A stretch of 64,000 bases of DNA from Candidatus Kuenenia stuttgartensis (GCA_945877135.1 CAMCQY010000002.1:22796-86795), one strand, 5' to 3'. Counted from the first letter of the stretch, positions 1-9,713 are shown. Notes: generated by a model not told the origin, from the letters alone. Program-made: numbers and translations.

Positions 1-25
1 CTCGCATCCCCGCGCGCGGCGGTTC

Positions 26-158
26 GGGGCTGCCCATGTCCCGTCGCCGGACGTTCGCTCAGGCCCTCCAGGCCTTCGCTCTCTCGGATGTTGACGGCGC
101 TTCGCCATCCTGGCTGCGCTTGTCAACATACGCCGGCTCTCGGGACATGGGCAGCCCC
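26..158. repeat. Structured intergenic repeat, family B, copy 1
   Basis: Perfect 18-bp terminal inverted repeat (GGGGCTGCCCATGTCCCG at 26-43, CGGGACATGGGCAGCCCC at 141-158). It encloses the core TCGCCGGACGTTCGCT...ACGCCGGCTCT, which is shared with the copies at 17351-17485 and 59767-59893. Internal hairpins are AGGCC-CTCCA-GGCCT, ATGTTGAC/GTCAACAT and GCCA-TCC-TGGC. Confidence 0.8.
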
Positions 159-356
159 TCACGGAACAGCGCCAGGCCCGGAGGGCCGGGTCAGCACCAG
201 CGGGCGGAGGCCCGCCAAGGGAAGGTCGGCAGGATGCCGAGCCTTGCCGTGAAACCGCGCAGCCCCTCACGTATGATTCCGAGCGCATACAAGCCCTGGG
301 CGCACTACCGGGAGCATCCAATAGTTGACACGAGAAACGTCGCCCCGTTGCCTTTT

Positions 357-445
357 CCATCCAAGCCCGACGCGCCAGCGAGGGAATCCGGGCCTGATTT
401 CTGGGTGATGGATCGCGCCCTTGCTTGCGCTGCGGGCTTGGATGG
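357..445. repeat. Family A hairpin repeat (REP/BIME-like), copy 1
   Basis: Left arm CCATCCAAGCCCGACGCGCCAGCGAGGGAAT (357-387). Right arm CCCTTGCTTGCGCTGCGGGCTTGGATGG (418-445). The arms form an imperfect long hairpin, and the same arms recur at five other loci in the window. Confidence 0.85.
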
Positions 446-521
446 AGCACTTCAAACGTTCATGAAGAACATTCAACTTCATAGTGCTCCCGGCAGCCCG
501 TGACGGGATGACCACCGTCCA

Positions 522-1490
522 TTACCGGCGGGGGTGGAACTTTTCGTGCACGCTTCGCAGGCGGCTGGCATCGACGTGGGTATACCGCTGCGTCGTCGCG
601 ATGCTCGCGTGGCCGAGCATTTCCTGCACGTGCCGCAGATCGACGCCGCCGGCCACCAGGTGGGTGGCGAAGCTGTGGCGGAGCGTGTGGGGGCCGATGT
701 CGGGCGGCACCCCCGCCTTGTCGGCGTGAAGCCGAACGATCTCCCAGATCCGCATGCGTGAGAGGCGGTTGCCCCGCGTGGAGAGGATCACCCAGGCGGG
801 GCTGGAGCCTGCACGGGCGGCGATGGCTTGCCGCGGACCTTCGATCCATGTCCGCAGGGCCGCGATCGCCCGTCTGCCGAGTGGCACGACCCGCTCCTTG
901 TCCCCCTTGCCGCGACAGGTGCAGAAGCTTTCCCCCAGATGCACATCAGTCAGCCGCAGCGCCGACACCTCCGATGCCCGGCAACCGGTGGCATAGAGCA
1001 ATTCCAACAGGGCCTTGTCCCTCCGGCCGGACGGAGTGACTGCGTCCGGGCTCTCGAGCAGACGGTCCACCTGATCGGGCGAGAGCGTGCCGGGGATGAC
1101 GTCGCCACGGCGACCGGCCGTGAGCAGTTCGGCGGGGCTCTCCCGCACGACTCCCTCGAGTTGGAGAAACGCATAGAAGGTGCGAAGTGTCGCCGCCTGG
1201 CGGGCCACGCTGGCCCGCGCCAGCCCGCGTCTGTCGAGGGCCGCCAAGTAGTCGCCCAGTTCCCGCACGGAGAGCCGGACTGGATTGCCGTCTGCCAACC
1301 AGGCGGAGAAATCCCGCAGATCGCGGCGGTAGGCCTCCTGGGTATTTTCGGAGAGTGCCCGTTCGTGGCGGACATATTCCAGAAACCGCCGCACGAGGAT
1401 GCCGGTCGATCCCCCCTCCTCTGTCGCAGCGGGGCCGGTGTCGAGAATGACCCGGCGGACTCGGCGGCCAGGCTTCTCGTTCGCGGTCAT
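522..1490 (-). CDS. Tyrosine site-specific recombinase, XerC/XerD family
   Basis: C-terminal catalytic region LRHSFATHLVAGGVDLRHVQEMLGHASIATTQRYTHV (R-H-R-Y type). N-terminal core-binding domain FLEYVRHERALSENTQEAYRRDL. Start placed at ATG 1490 (MTANEKPG), 25 nt after the metH stop. The ORF-track start at 1589 would overlap metH. Confidence 0.85.
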   Translation of the reverse strand: MTANEKPGRRVRRVILDTGPAATEEGGSTGILVRRFLEYVRHERALSENTQEAYRRDLRDFSAWLADGNPVRLSVRELGDYLAALDRRGLARASVARQAATLRTFYAFLQLEGVVRESPAELLTAGRRGDVIPGTLSPDQVDRLLESPDAVTPSGRRDKALLELLYATGCRASEVSALRLTDVHLGESFCTCRGKGDKERVVPLGRRAIAALRTWIEGPRQAIAARAGSSPAWVILSTRGNRLSRMRIWEIVRLHADKAGVPPDIGPHTLRHSFATHLVAGGVDLRHVQEMLGHASIATTQRYTHVDASRLRSVHEKFHPRR

Positions 1491-1515
1491 GGGTGCGTTC
1501 GGGGGCGTTCGCGGC

Positions 1516-4500
1516 TTACGCGTCGTAGCCAAGGTTGGGCGACAGCCACCGTTCGATCTCGGCCACCGCCATACCCTTGCGGGCCGCATATGACTCCACC
1601 TGATCGCGGGTGATGCGGTCCACTGCGAAGTATCGGCTGTCGGGGTGGCCGAAGTAGAGTCCGCTCACGCTGGCCGCGGGAAACATCGCAAAGCTCTCCG
1701 TCAGCGAAATGCCGGCGGCGTTGCCGGCGTCGAGCCACTGAAAGATCGCCTGCTTTTCCGTATGATCCGGGCATGCCGGATAGCCGGGGGCCGGCCGGAT
1801 GCCCCGGTATTTCTCCTCGATCAGGTCATCGGTCGAGAGGGACTCGTCGCGGCCGTAGTTCCATTCCCGGCGAACCTTCGCGTGCAGCCATTCGGCACAG
1901 GCCTCGGCCAGCCGATCGGCGATGGCCTTCACCAGAATCGACGAATAGTCGTCTTGGTCGCGTTCGTATCGCGCGCAGAGTTCGTCGCAGCCATGCCCTG
2001 TGGTGCAGGCGAACGCGCCGATGTAGTCCTTGCGGCCGCTCTCCACCGGTGCCACGAAGTCGGCGAGGGCGTGAAACACGTCCTGCCCCTTGCGTTCCCA
2101 CTGCTGGCGGAGCGTGTGAACGCGGCCAACTTCGGCCGAACGCGTGTCGTCGGTAAAGAGCACGATGTCGTCGCCGGCCGAATTGGCGGGAAAAAAGCCG
2201 TAGACAGCCTTCGAAACGAGGGCATCTTCTCGAATAATCATCTCGAGCAGGTGCTGGGCGTCATCAAAGAGCTTTTTGGCCTCCGTCCCCACGACCGGAT
2301 CGGTGAAGATCTGCGGATACTTCCCCTTCAGTTCCCACGACATGAAGAACGGCGACCAGTCGATGAAGGGCACCAGATCGGCCAGCGGCACGCGATCGAC
2401 CTGCCGCACGCCGACGAACTCGGGTGTGTCGATGGTGGTGGTCGCCCAGTCGGTTGTCCACCGCTTGGCGCAGGCCGTCTCGTAGGGAACGAGTTTCGTC
2501 TGCTGCCGCTGCTTGAAGTTCTCCACGTCGCGTTTCTGCGCCTCGCGGTTGGCCTGCGCGAAGGCCGTGCGCGAGTTCGGATTGAGCAGTTTCTCGACGA
2601 CACCGGCGGCCCTCGAGGCGTCGGTGACATGGATGACGTCGCCGGTGTATTTGGGGGCGATCTTTACCGCAGTATGCCGGGCCGAGGTGGTCGCGCCGCC
2701 GATCAGGAGAGGCAGTTTCAGCCCTTCGTGCTCGAACTCCTGAGCCACCTGCACCATTTCGTCGAGGCTCGGTGTGATCAGGCCACTGAGGCCGACGATA
2801 TCGACTTGCTGGGCCTTGGCCTCCTCGATGATCTTCGTGCAGGGCACCATCACTCCCAGGTCGATCACCTCGTAGCCGTTGCAGCCCAACACGACGCCGA
2901 CGATGTTCTTGCCGATGTCGTGCACGTCTCCCTTGACGGTGGCCATCAGGACGCGGCCGCGCTTTGCCGCCGCCGCTCCTTGCGCCTTCCGTTCCTCCTC
3001 CATGTAGGGCAGGAGATGGTTGACCGCCCGTTTCATGACACGGGCGCTCTTCACGACCTGTGGCAGGAACATCTTCCCTTCGCCGAACAGGTCGCCGACG
3101 GTCTGCATGCCGCGCATCAGCGGGCCTTCGATGATTTCCAGGCTCGTGGCATAGTGCTTCCGGGCGTCCTCGACGTCCTCCTCCACATGGTCGGCCATGC
3201 CCTTCACGAGAGCGTGTGCGAGCCGGGCCTCGACGTCGAGACTCCGCCAAGCGTCGGCCTTGGCCGTGTCGGCGGGATCCCGCTTCTTGACCGTCTCGGC
3301 GTATTCAATGAGCCGGTCGGTGGCTTCGGGGCGGCGGTCGAAGAGCACGTCCTCGATGCGTTCCAGAAGGTCCTTGTCGATGTCCTGATAGACCGCCAGT
3401 TGGCCCGCGTTGACGATGCCCATGTCCATGCCGGCTTGAATGGCGTGGTAGAGGAACGCCGAGTGCATCGCCTCGCGGACCGTCTCGTTGCCGCGGAAAG
3501 AAAAGGAGATGTTGCTGACACCCCCCGACACCTTCACCAGCGGCATCGCCTTCTTGATCAGGCGGGTCGCCTCGATGAAGTTGAGGGCATAGCGATTGTG
3601 TTCCTCGATGCCGGTGGCCACCGTGAGGATGTTGGGGTCGAAGATGATGTCTTCGGGAAGGAAGCCGGCCTGCTCGGTGAGGAGTTTGTAGGCCCGCTTG
3701 CAGATCGCGACGCGGCGTTCGACGTCGGTGGCCTGCCCCTCCTCGTCGAAGGCCATGACCACGACGGCGGCACCGTAGCGGCGGATCGTCCTCGCGTGTC
3801 TCAGGAATGTCTCCTCCCCCTCCTTGAGGCTGATGGAGTTGACAATGCCCTTGCCCTGGACGCACTTGAGCCCGGCTTCCAGAACCTCAAACCGCGAACT
3901 ATCCACCATCACGGGCACGCGGGCGACGTCGGGCTCGCTGGAAAGGAGCGTGAGAAACTTCGTCATCACGGCGGGGCCGTCGAGCATCCCCTCATCGACG
4001 TTGACGTCGATGATGTTGGCGCCGTTTTCGACCTGTTGCCGGGCGACGCTGAGGGCCTCCTCGTAGCGCTCCTCCTTGATGAGCCGGGCAAACGCCCGCG
4101 AACCGGTGACGTTGGTCCGTTCACCGATCACCGTGAAGCTGCTCTCCGGGCGGAGTTCGAGCATTTCGAGGCCGGAATAACGGCTTCGTCGCTCGGGCGC
4201 CGCGGGCTTTCTCGGTGGATACTTCGCGACCGCCTCGGCGATCGCCTTGATGTGGGCCGGCGTCGTGCCGCAGCAGCCGCCGATGATGTTGAGCCACCCC
4301 TCCTTCGCGAATTCGCCCAGCACGCTCGCCATCGCCTCGGGCGTTTCGTCGAAGCCGCCGAGGGCGTTGGGCAGACCGGCGTTGGGATAACAGCTGACCA
4401 GTCGCGGGGTGGCCCTCGACAGGTCGGCCAGATGCGTCCGCAGCTTTTCCGGGCCGAGCGCGCAGTTGACACCCACGCTCAGGAGGTCGACGTGGCTCAG

Positions 4501-5214
4501 GCTCGTCCAGCAAGCTTCCACCGTCTGGGCCGAGAGCGTGCGGCCGCCTTCAAACACAGTGAACGACGCCATCACCGGCAGGCGGACGCCGGTGTCGCTG
4601 AACACCTGTTCGATGGCGTAGAGGCAGCTCTTCAGCACGAGCGTGTCGAAGGCGGTTTCCGCCAGCAGGATATCGACGCCTCCCTCGATCAACGCCTCGA
4701 TCTGTTCGCGGTAGGTGGCCACCATCTGGTCGAAGGTGACATCGCGATGGCCGGGATCGGCGACGTTGCCGGCGATCGAGAGTTGTTTGTTGGTCGGCCC
4801 GATCGAGCCAGCCACGAAGCGGGGACGGTCGGGCGTCTTGGCGGTCGCAGCGTCGGCGGCCTCACGGGCAAGCCGGGCTGCAGCGAGGTTCATTTCGCGT
4901 GTGCGGTCGGCGAGACCGAAGTCGGCCAGGGCCAGGCTCGTGGCCCCGAAGGTGTTGGTCTCGACGATGTCGGCGCCCGCCTCCAGATAGGCTGCATGGA
5001 TGCCTCGGATCGCGTCCCCCTGCGAGAGCACGAGAACGTCGATGCAGTTCTTCAGATCCTTATGGTGATCGCGAAACGGGGCCCCGCGGAAGCCCTGTTC
5101 GTCGAGCCCAAGGGCGTGCACCATGGTGCCCATCGCCCCGTCGAGGACGGCAATTCGGCTGGCCAAGAGGGCGTGGAGGGAAGCTTCGCGGGCGGACTGA
5201 TTGGAAGGGGGCAT
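1516..5214 (-). CDS. metH: Cobalamin-dependent methionine synthase
   Basis: 1232-aa ORF with the full MetH module order: homocysteine-binding, pterin-binding, B12-binding ([10 protein letters not shown], the DxHxxG motif) and the C-terminal AdoMet reactivation domain. Confidence 0.95.
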   Translation of the reverse strand: MPPSNQSAREASLHALLASRIAVLDGAMGTMVHALGLDEQGFRGAPFRDHHKDLKNCIDVLVLSQGDAIRGIHAAYLEAGADIVETNTFGATSLALADFGLADRTREMNLAAARLAREAADAATAKTPDRPRFVAGSIGPTNKQLSIAGNVADPGHRDVTFDQMVATYREQIEALIEGGVDILLAETAFDTLVLKSCLYAIEQVFSDTGVRLPVMASFTVFEGGRTLSAQTVEACWTSLSHVDLLSVGVNCALGPEKLRTHLADLSRATPRLVSCYPNAGLPNALGGFDETPEAMASVLGEFAKEGWLNIIGGCCGTTPAHIKAIAEAVAKYPPRKPAAPERRSRYSGLEMLELRPESSFTVIGERTNVTGSRAFARLIKEERYEEALSVARQQVENGANIIDVNVDEGMLDGPAVMTKFLTLLSSEPDVARVPVMVDSSRFEVLEAGLKCVQGKGIVNSISLKEGEETFLRHARTIRRYGAAVVVMAFDEEGQATDVERRVAICKRAYKLLTEQAGFLPEDIIFDPNILTVATGIEEHNRYALNFIEATRLIKKAMPLVKVSGGVSNISFSFRGNETVREAMHSAFLYHAIQAGMDMGIVNAGQLAVYQDIDKDLLERIEDVLFDRRPEATDRLIEYAETVKKRDPADTAKADAWRSLDVEARLAHALVKGMADHVEEDVEDARKHYATSLEIIEGPLMRGMQTVGDLFGEGKMFLPQVVKSARVMKRAVNHLLPYMEEERKAQGAAAAKRGRVLMATVKGDVHDIGKNIVGVVLGCNGYEVIDLGVMVPCTKIIEEAKAQQVDIVGLSGLITPSLDEMVQVAQEFEHEGLKLPLLIGGATTSARHTAVKIAPKYTGDVIHVTDASRAAGVVEKLLNPNSRTAFAQANREAQKRDVENFKQRQQTKLVPYETACAKRWTTDWATTTIDTPEFVGVRQVDRVPLADLVPFIDWSPFFMSWELKGKYPQIFTDPVVGTEAKKLFDDAQHLLEMIIREDALVSKAVYGFFPANSAGDDIVLFTDDTRSAEVGRVHTLRQQWERKGQDVFHALADFVAPVESGRKDYIGAFACTTGHGCDELCARYERDQDDYSSILVKAIADRLAEACAEWLHAKVRREWNYGRDESLSTDDLIEEKYRGIRPAPGYPACPDHTEKQAIFQWLDAGNAAGISLTESFAMFPAASVSGLYFGHPDSRYFAVDRITRDQVESYAARKGMAVAEIERWLSPNLGYDA

Positions 5215-5497
5215 CAGAGGTCTTTTGGCTCGGTGAAAACGAAATGGAATCTGGGCGTGGGCCGCGGGCTGGTCATGGAATCTGTCATGATCGGCAGATC
5301 CTGCCCAACCGAATGATACTTTGCCCTTGGATGATAGGCGATTGGGCGATTGGGGCGCGTTGCGCGGGGATGGGTGGACGTCAGCCCCGCCGACCTTGAC
5401 GCGGTGGGGGCCGCTTCCGCCGGCGAACTGCGGCGTTCAAGGGCCCCGCCGCGTGGTGACGATGCTCAGCCTGGGGTTCTGGTGAGGCGTGGGATGA

Positions 5498-5794
5498 GTG
5501 AAATTGATGGAGATTTTAGCCTGCATTCCGGAACTCCCTTGCCAGGCTTCCTCAGCGGCGACGGTGGTTTCCGAGTCGCCGCGGCCCTCGAAGGCGCCCG
5601 CGGCCAAGAGGAGTGCCCCCCGCCGATTCCCCTCCCCCTCCATTATCGCGTTGGTGGCCGTGGCGGCCGTCGTCTGGGCAGCTGCCTGGCGGAATGATCG
5701 GCTCCGGTTGGAGGAGGCCAGGCAACAGCGGCCCGAACGCCTGGCCCAGGAGTTGCCTGCGACCGCCGGCGCGGCGAGGAGTGTCACGCCATGA
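5498..5794 (+). CDS. Small single-pass membrane protein (hypothetical)
   Basis: High third-position GC. One hydrophobic segment (IIALVAVAAVVWAAAW) followed by a charged helix (NDRLRLEEARQQRPERLAQEL). Its stop overlaps the next ATG (ATGA at 5791-5794). Start uncertain (GTG 5498 or ATG 5507). Confidence 0.45.
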   Translation: MKLMEILACIPELPCQASSAATVVSESPRPSKAPAAKRSAPRRFPSPSIIALVAVAAVVWAAAWRNDRLRLEEARQQRPERLAQELPATAGAARSVTP

Positions 5795-6486
5795 CGCCCG
5801 CCACCCCCGTCCTCGATGTAGTCGATCGATCCTTTCTTTGGCATGCGGATCAGGCACGTCGTCATCCCTCACGATTGCCGCAGGGGCGTGACGCTGGCGC
5901 AGGGAAAACCGAGAAGGAGCCGGCCACCTCACGGTCGGCGGCGCCGGTCGCCAAGCCACTCGATGGAGAGCCAGTCGTCGCGGCATCGATCCATCCCGAA
6001 CCGGTTACCGATGATGGCATGGGCTCGCTCGTCGACAGGCTGCTGCGGGTCGTGCCCCACGCGTGGGCGCATCTGGCCACGCGGGTGGAGGATGCCCACC
6101 GCGAGGGTGCTGAGGTGGTCGCCATCACCGGCGCCCGCCGCGGTGAAGGCCGGACCACTTTGGTCGAGTGTCTGAAGCAAACGCTCGTCGCACGCGGCCG
6201 GCGTGTGGAGTGCCTCGACAGGGCTCCGCTGGAGCCGGTATCGAGAGGCCGGAATGGCGGCAGCATCGTGCTCGTCGATGCGGGAATCTGGTTTCCGACG
6301 GGGCCGCTTCGCCGGGCATGGCTCGAGCGGCAGAGCCTCGGCTACCACGCCGTCATACTTGTCCGCCGTGCCGATCAGCCGGCGTGCGAGGTCCGAGCCG
6401 CGGCACTCGAGGCGGTTGGGCTGAAGGTGCTCGGCGAAGTGCTCACCATGACGCAGCCGGTGACGAGTGGTGTTCGTGTCTCCTGA
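5791..6486 (+). CDS. ParA/MinD/BY-kinase-like P-loop protein with a degenerate Walker A
   Basis: VVAITGARRGEGRTTLVECL resembles the deviant Walker A of CpsD/Wzc-type ATPases, but with Arg in place of the signature Lys. IVLVDAG is a Walker-B-like strand. The N-terminal ~100 aa are low complexity. Translationally coupled on both sides. Confidence 0.5.
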   Translation: MTPATPVLDVVDRSFLWHADQARRHPSRLPQGRDAGAGKTEKEPATSRSAAPVAKPLDGEPVVAASIHPEPVTDDGMGSLVDRLLRVVPHAWAHLATRVEDAHREGAEVVAITGARRGEGRTTLVECLKQTLVARGRRVECLDRAPLEPVSRGRNGGSIVLVDAGIWFPTGPLRRAWLERQSLGYHAVILVRRADQPACEVRAAALEAVGLKVLGEVLTMTQPVTSGVRVS

Positions 6487-7213
6487 GGAGGTGCTGACCG
6501 TGTCTCGACAGAACCTCGCACGCCAGTGCCCGCCGGATCGTCCACCGCTCACCCGGCCTCAGGAAGCCGCAGTGGCGAAACTCGCCTACGCCGCCAGTCA
6601 GCCCGCCGCGATCACGGTTCTGTGCGGTCCCGCAGGCGTGGGCAAGACAACAGTTCTCCGCGTCGCTGGTGCCGATGGCCTTGCTCAGGGACAGACCAGC
6701 CACTTGGTCTCGTGGGCGGATGCGCGGGCCGATCGCGGGAATCTGGCTGCCGGCCTTGGCCAGCTGGCCGCGAGCGAGGATGCCACAGCACCCGATCTGC
6801 TTCTCATCGACGACGCGCATCGCGGCGTGGCTGCCGAACTGGTCGAGTGTGTGGAGCGGTGGCGCCGCCAGCACGCCGGAATCGCGATCGTGCTGGCCGG
6901 CGAAGGACGGCTGCTTTCGCTTGTCGCCAGCGATGCGAGGCTCGAACAATCTGTACGGTTGAGGGCAACGCTGCCCACGTTTACGCTGGCTGAGTCGCGG
7001 CGGCTGCTCGCACCGATGCTGGCGGTCGGCACCGCGGAGGGGAATGGAGACGCTGTGATTCGTACGATCCACGAGATCGCGGGCGGCGTGCCTGCGATCT
7101 CGGTCCGGCTGGCAGAGATCGCCGCCATGATCGCCGCCGCCGATCCGGGGCGTCGCATCACCCCTGACGACGTCGAGACAATCCACCGACGGCTTTCTCT
7201 CAGCGCCGCATGA
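6467..7213 (+). CDS. ExeA-like AAA ATPase (AAA_22 / general secretion protein A family)
   Basis: Walker A VLCGPAGVGKTTVL and Walker B LLLIDDAH. Size (~240 aa) and the C-terminal helical region are typical of ExeA-type ATPases. Overlaps the previous ORF by 20 nt. Confidence 0.65.
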   Translation: MVFVSPEEVLTVSRQNLARQCPPDRPPLTRPQEAAVAKLAYAASQPAAITVLCGPAGVGKTTVLRVAGADGLAQGQTSHLVSWADARADRGNLAAGLGQLAASEDATAPDLLLIDDAHRGVAAELVECVERWRRQHAGIAIVLAGEGRLLSLVASDARLEQSVRLRATLPTFTLAESRRLLAPMLAVGTAEGNGDAVIRTIHEIAGGVPAISVRLAEIAAMIAAADPGRRITPDDVETIHRRLSLSAA

Positions 7214-7252
7214 CGAAAAAGGCGACCGTCACCAGTTCGGCATGCCCGCTCG

Positions 7253-7380
7253 TCATCCAAGCCCGCAGCGCAAACAAGGGAATACGGTGGGCATGACGGG
7301 CTGGGACGCGGATTCCCTCGCTCGCGCGTCGGGCTTGCATGGGAGTGGGTTCATCCAAGCCCGCAGCGCAAGCAAGGGAG
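7253..7380. repeat. Family A repeat cluster with three arms (BIME-like)
   Basis: The three arms are TCATCCAAGCCCGCAGCGCAAACAAGGGAAT (7253-7283), inverted ATTCCCTCGCTCGCGCGTCGGGCTTGCATGGGA (7312-7344) and TCATCCAAGCCCGCAGCGCAAGCAAGGGAG (7351-7380). The cluster fills the convergent junction 7214-7411. Confidence 0.85.
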
Positions 7381-7411
7381 ATGGGAACGCCGACGGGCAC
7401 GGTTTCAGCCG

Positions 7412-8611
7412 TCAGGCAGATGCTTCGGCAGCCCTCGCGAGATAGGCCTGCACCGAATCTGGAGAGTTGGCCTCGGGCCGGCGATCTGGAGCAAAGGCCG
7501 CGAGATCGAGGGCTGGCGTGCGGCCGGTCATCAGGTCGGCAAGCAGCATGGCCGTGCCAGCCGATTGATGTAGCCCGGCGCGGAAATGTCCGGCGGCCAC
7601 GAAGGCGTTGCTGCAGGCCGGTGCGGCACCGATGAAGGGGCACCCATCGACGGAGCCCGGCCGCAGGCCCGCCCACGACTGCTCGAGCACGGCCCCAGGC
7701 AGCGGTCCCAGCAGTCGGTGTGAGAATGCGATCAGCCGATCGATCACCTGCGGCGTCGTGGCCTTGTCAAAGCCCGCATCCTCGATCGTCGAGCCCACCA
7801 GCAGCCGGCCGTCGCTCCGTGGCACGAGGTATTCGAGCCCGACGTTCACCACCCTGGTGAGCACCTGGCGGGGTAGTCGCAAGAGCGCGATCTGGCCACG
7901 GATCGGCCGCGTTTCGATGTGCAGGCCGAGCGCTCGTGCGAGGTCGCCCGACCAGGCGCCCGCCGCGAGGCAGTAGCGGTCGGCCCGCACTGTGTCGGTC
8001 GCTGCCCTCCCTTCGCCAGAGGCGATGCGAATTCCCTCGATGCGGCCGTCACGCACATCGATCGCTCGCACGTCGGCCGCCGGCACGATCTTCACGCCGC
8101 GCATCCGGCACGACTGCCCAACCGCCTCGAGATGCTGCGGAGGACGGATCCGCATCTCCTCGGGCAGCAGCAGACCGGCGAGGATCCGGCCCTGCTCGAC
8201 AGCCGCCCGCAGGGCCGGCTCCTGCCTGGCGAGATCGGGGCCGGTGAGCCAGTCGCAGCGGGCTCCTTTGGCGTGCCAGTCAAACTGTGCCTCGCGGAGG
8301 CGGGCGCTGCCCCGCTCGTCCGCTGCCAGATGCAGGCCGCCGCAGGGCTCGAGTTCGTTGTCGATGCCGGTCTCGGCGCGGAGCTCCTCGGACCAGATTC
8401 GGTGCAGTCGGTCGGAATAGGCCGTCAGCCGGTCGTTCGCCGAAGCAGCGGCAGAGTCAGGTGCCGGCGGAAAAATGCCTGCCGCCGCCCACGATGCGGT
8501 GTCGCGGCTGGCATCGCGGCTGAGCACGCGAACCGAGAGGCCGCGGCCGGCAAGTTCACGAGCGATCGACAGCCCGATAATGCCCCCGCCGATGATGCAG
8601 CAGTCGGTCAT
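7412..8611 (-). CDS. FAD-dependent oxidoreductase, DAO family (glycine oxidase ThiO-like)
   Basis: N-terminal Rossmann motif CCIIGGGIIGLSIARELAGRG. Length (399 aa) and overall pattern fit glycine/D-amino-acid oxidases. Substrate not determinable from sequence. Confidence 0.7.
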   Translation of the reverse strand: MTDCCIIGGGIIGLSIARELAGRGLSVRVLSRDASRDTASWAAAGIFPPAPDSAAASANDRLTAYSDRLHRIWSEELRAETGIDNELEPCGGLHLAADERGSARLREAQFDWHAKGARCDWLTGPDLARQEPALRAAVEQGRILAGLLLPEEMRIRPPQHLEAVGQSCRMRGVKIVPAADVRAIDVRDGRIEGIRIASGEGRAATDTVRADRYCLAAGAWSGDLARALGLHIETRPIRGQIALLRLPRQVLTRVVNVGLEYLVPRSDGRLLVGSTIEDAGFDKATTPQVIDRLIAFSHRLLGPLPGAVLEQSWAGLRPGSVDGCPFIGAAPACSNAFVAAGHFRAGLHQSAGTAMLLADLMTGRTPALDLAAFAPDRRPEANSPDSVQAYLARAAEASA

Positions 8612-8657
8612 GCCGGAGCTTTATCCCGTTCCAGGTTCCCGCGAATTGAAGGAGATG

Positions 8658-9686
8658 TCAGGCGTTGGTGGCGATGTCGGGCGTGTCGGCAATGTTCACC
8701 CAGACATGCACGTGGGGCGCCCCGCGGAAGTGCCAGACGAACGACGGGCCCTCCAGCCGCCAGCAGTCCCAGACGCCGTCGTTGCCCAGGTCACCCTGGC
8801 GATAGAAGGCGAGCCGACAGGCGTCGAGGCCACCCTGGGTGTCGAGACACTTCCTCGCTTCGGCCCGGTCGCTGGTACGGAACGGTTCGAGGAGCAGAGC
8901 GAGCACGCGATCCATTTCGGCCCGCTGGTCGGCGGAGAGCGCGGTGAGCGGAATGCCGGGCGCTGCCCCGCCGCGGCCCCGGAAGGCAACCGCATTCTCA
9001 CGGGGCAGCGTATCGACGAGGGCCTGCGACCGCTGGCGGCCGTCGAGCATTCCAAACACGCCGTTTGCCGCCACCGCCTGCGACCAAAAGACGTTGCCGG
9101 GATGATTCGGCTCTTCCGTGTCACCGGCAGCGTCGTGGCCGTAGAAGATCGGTCCGCCGAAGGCGACATGCTCGGCAGAGTCGCCGTCGCACCGCAGCGT
9201 CATGTGCCGGCCGGTGAGGAGAAACTGAAACTGTCCCGAACCGGGCTCTCCGATCAGGGCGATCGACTGGCCGTGCCCAAAGCCTCCGGTATCGTCCTCC
9301 AGTTGCTTGTCAAAGCGGGCGTGCCATTCGGGGGCGATCAGCTGCTCGAAGATGTCGCGGATGAGTCGCTTCTGGTCGCCAGTGAAAAAGCTGCCCGCCA
9401 CGTCGGGTTCGGTGGCGTTCCAGTTGTTGGCGACCCTGGTGCGGAGCAAACCGAATTTCGGGTGCACATGATCCCACGCAAAGCAGACTTTTTCTCGTTG
9501 CTGCGGCGACAGCGAGGCGTGCAGCAGTCCGGCGAGGGTCTCGGACGATTGCTGCGCGATTGCCGCGGCGGGTTCGTCGCCAAAGAGACGGCCGGAGCCA
9601 GCAGGAAGCGACATCGCGGCCGCGGCGGCACCCGCACTGCCGGCGAGGAAATGACGACGTGACAGGGAATGGATCGGCGTTCGCAT
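8658..9686 (-). CDS. Tat-signal secreted protein (DUF3500-like, hypothetical)
   Basis: Twin-arginine signal SRRHFLAGSAGAAAAAMSLPA. Good coding bias. The family assignment is from memory of similar planctomycete proteins. Confidence 0.55.
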   Translation of the reverse strand: MRTPIHSLSRRHFLAGSAGAAAAAMSLPAGSGRLFGDEPAAAIAQQSSETLAGLLHASLSPQQREKVCFAWDHVHPKFGLLRTRVANNWNATEPDVAGSFFTGDQKRLIRDIFEQLIAPEWHARFDKQLEDDTGGFGHGQSIALIGEPGSGQFQFLLTGRHMTLRCDGDSAEHVAFGGPIFYGHDAAGDTEEPNHPGNVFWSQAVAANGVFGMLDGRQRSQALVDTLPRENAVAFRGRGGAAPGIPLTALSADQRAEMDRVLALLLEPFRTSDRAEARKCLDTQGGLDACRLAFYRQGDLGNDGVWDCWRLEGPSFVWHFRGAPHVHVWVNIADTPDIATNA

Positions 9687-9713
9687 GACGAGAGCCTCCG
9701 GAGTGAAACAGCC

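Noticed and set aside
522-1490. Integrase marking a mobile element or genomic island
   Set aside because: It looks like a chromosomal XerC/XerD-type recombinase sitting directly after metH. No IS ends, att-like direct repeats, tRNA target or compositional shift are visible. The adjacent repeats also occur at ordinary junctions.
1645-5316. 1223-aa plus-strand ORF
   Set aside because: It is exactly antisense to metH and has no recognisable motifs. Long stop-free antisense frames are expected at this GC content.
5215-5497. SAH, SAM or cobalamin riboswitch upstream of metH
   Set aside because: I could not find the conserved cores of these aptamers by eye. A covariance-model scan would be needed to exclude them.
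8475-9662. 395-aa plus-strand ORF, and similar long ORFs opposite known genes (for example 7919..8947, 19563..20591, 21341..22894, 28918..30486, 35183..36376, 46962..48719, 57622..59199, 61800..62846)
   Set aside because: Each is antisense to a gene with strong motif support and shows Arg/Gly/Pro-rich composition typical of GC-rich non-coding frames.
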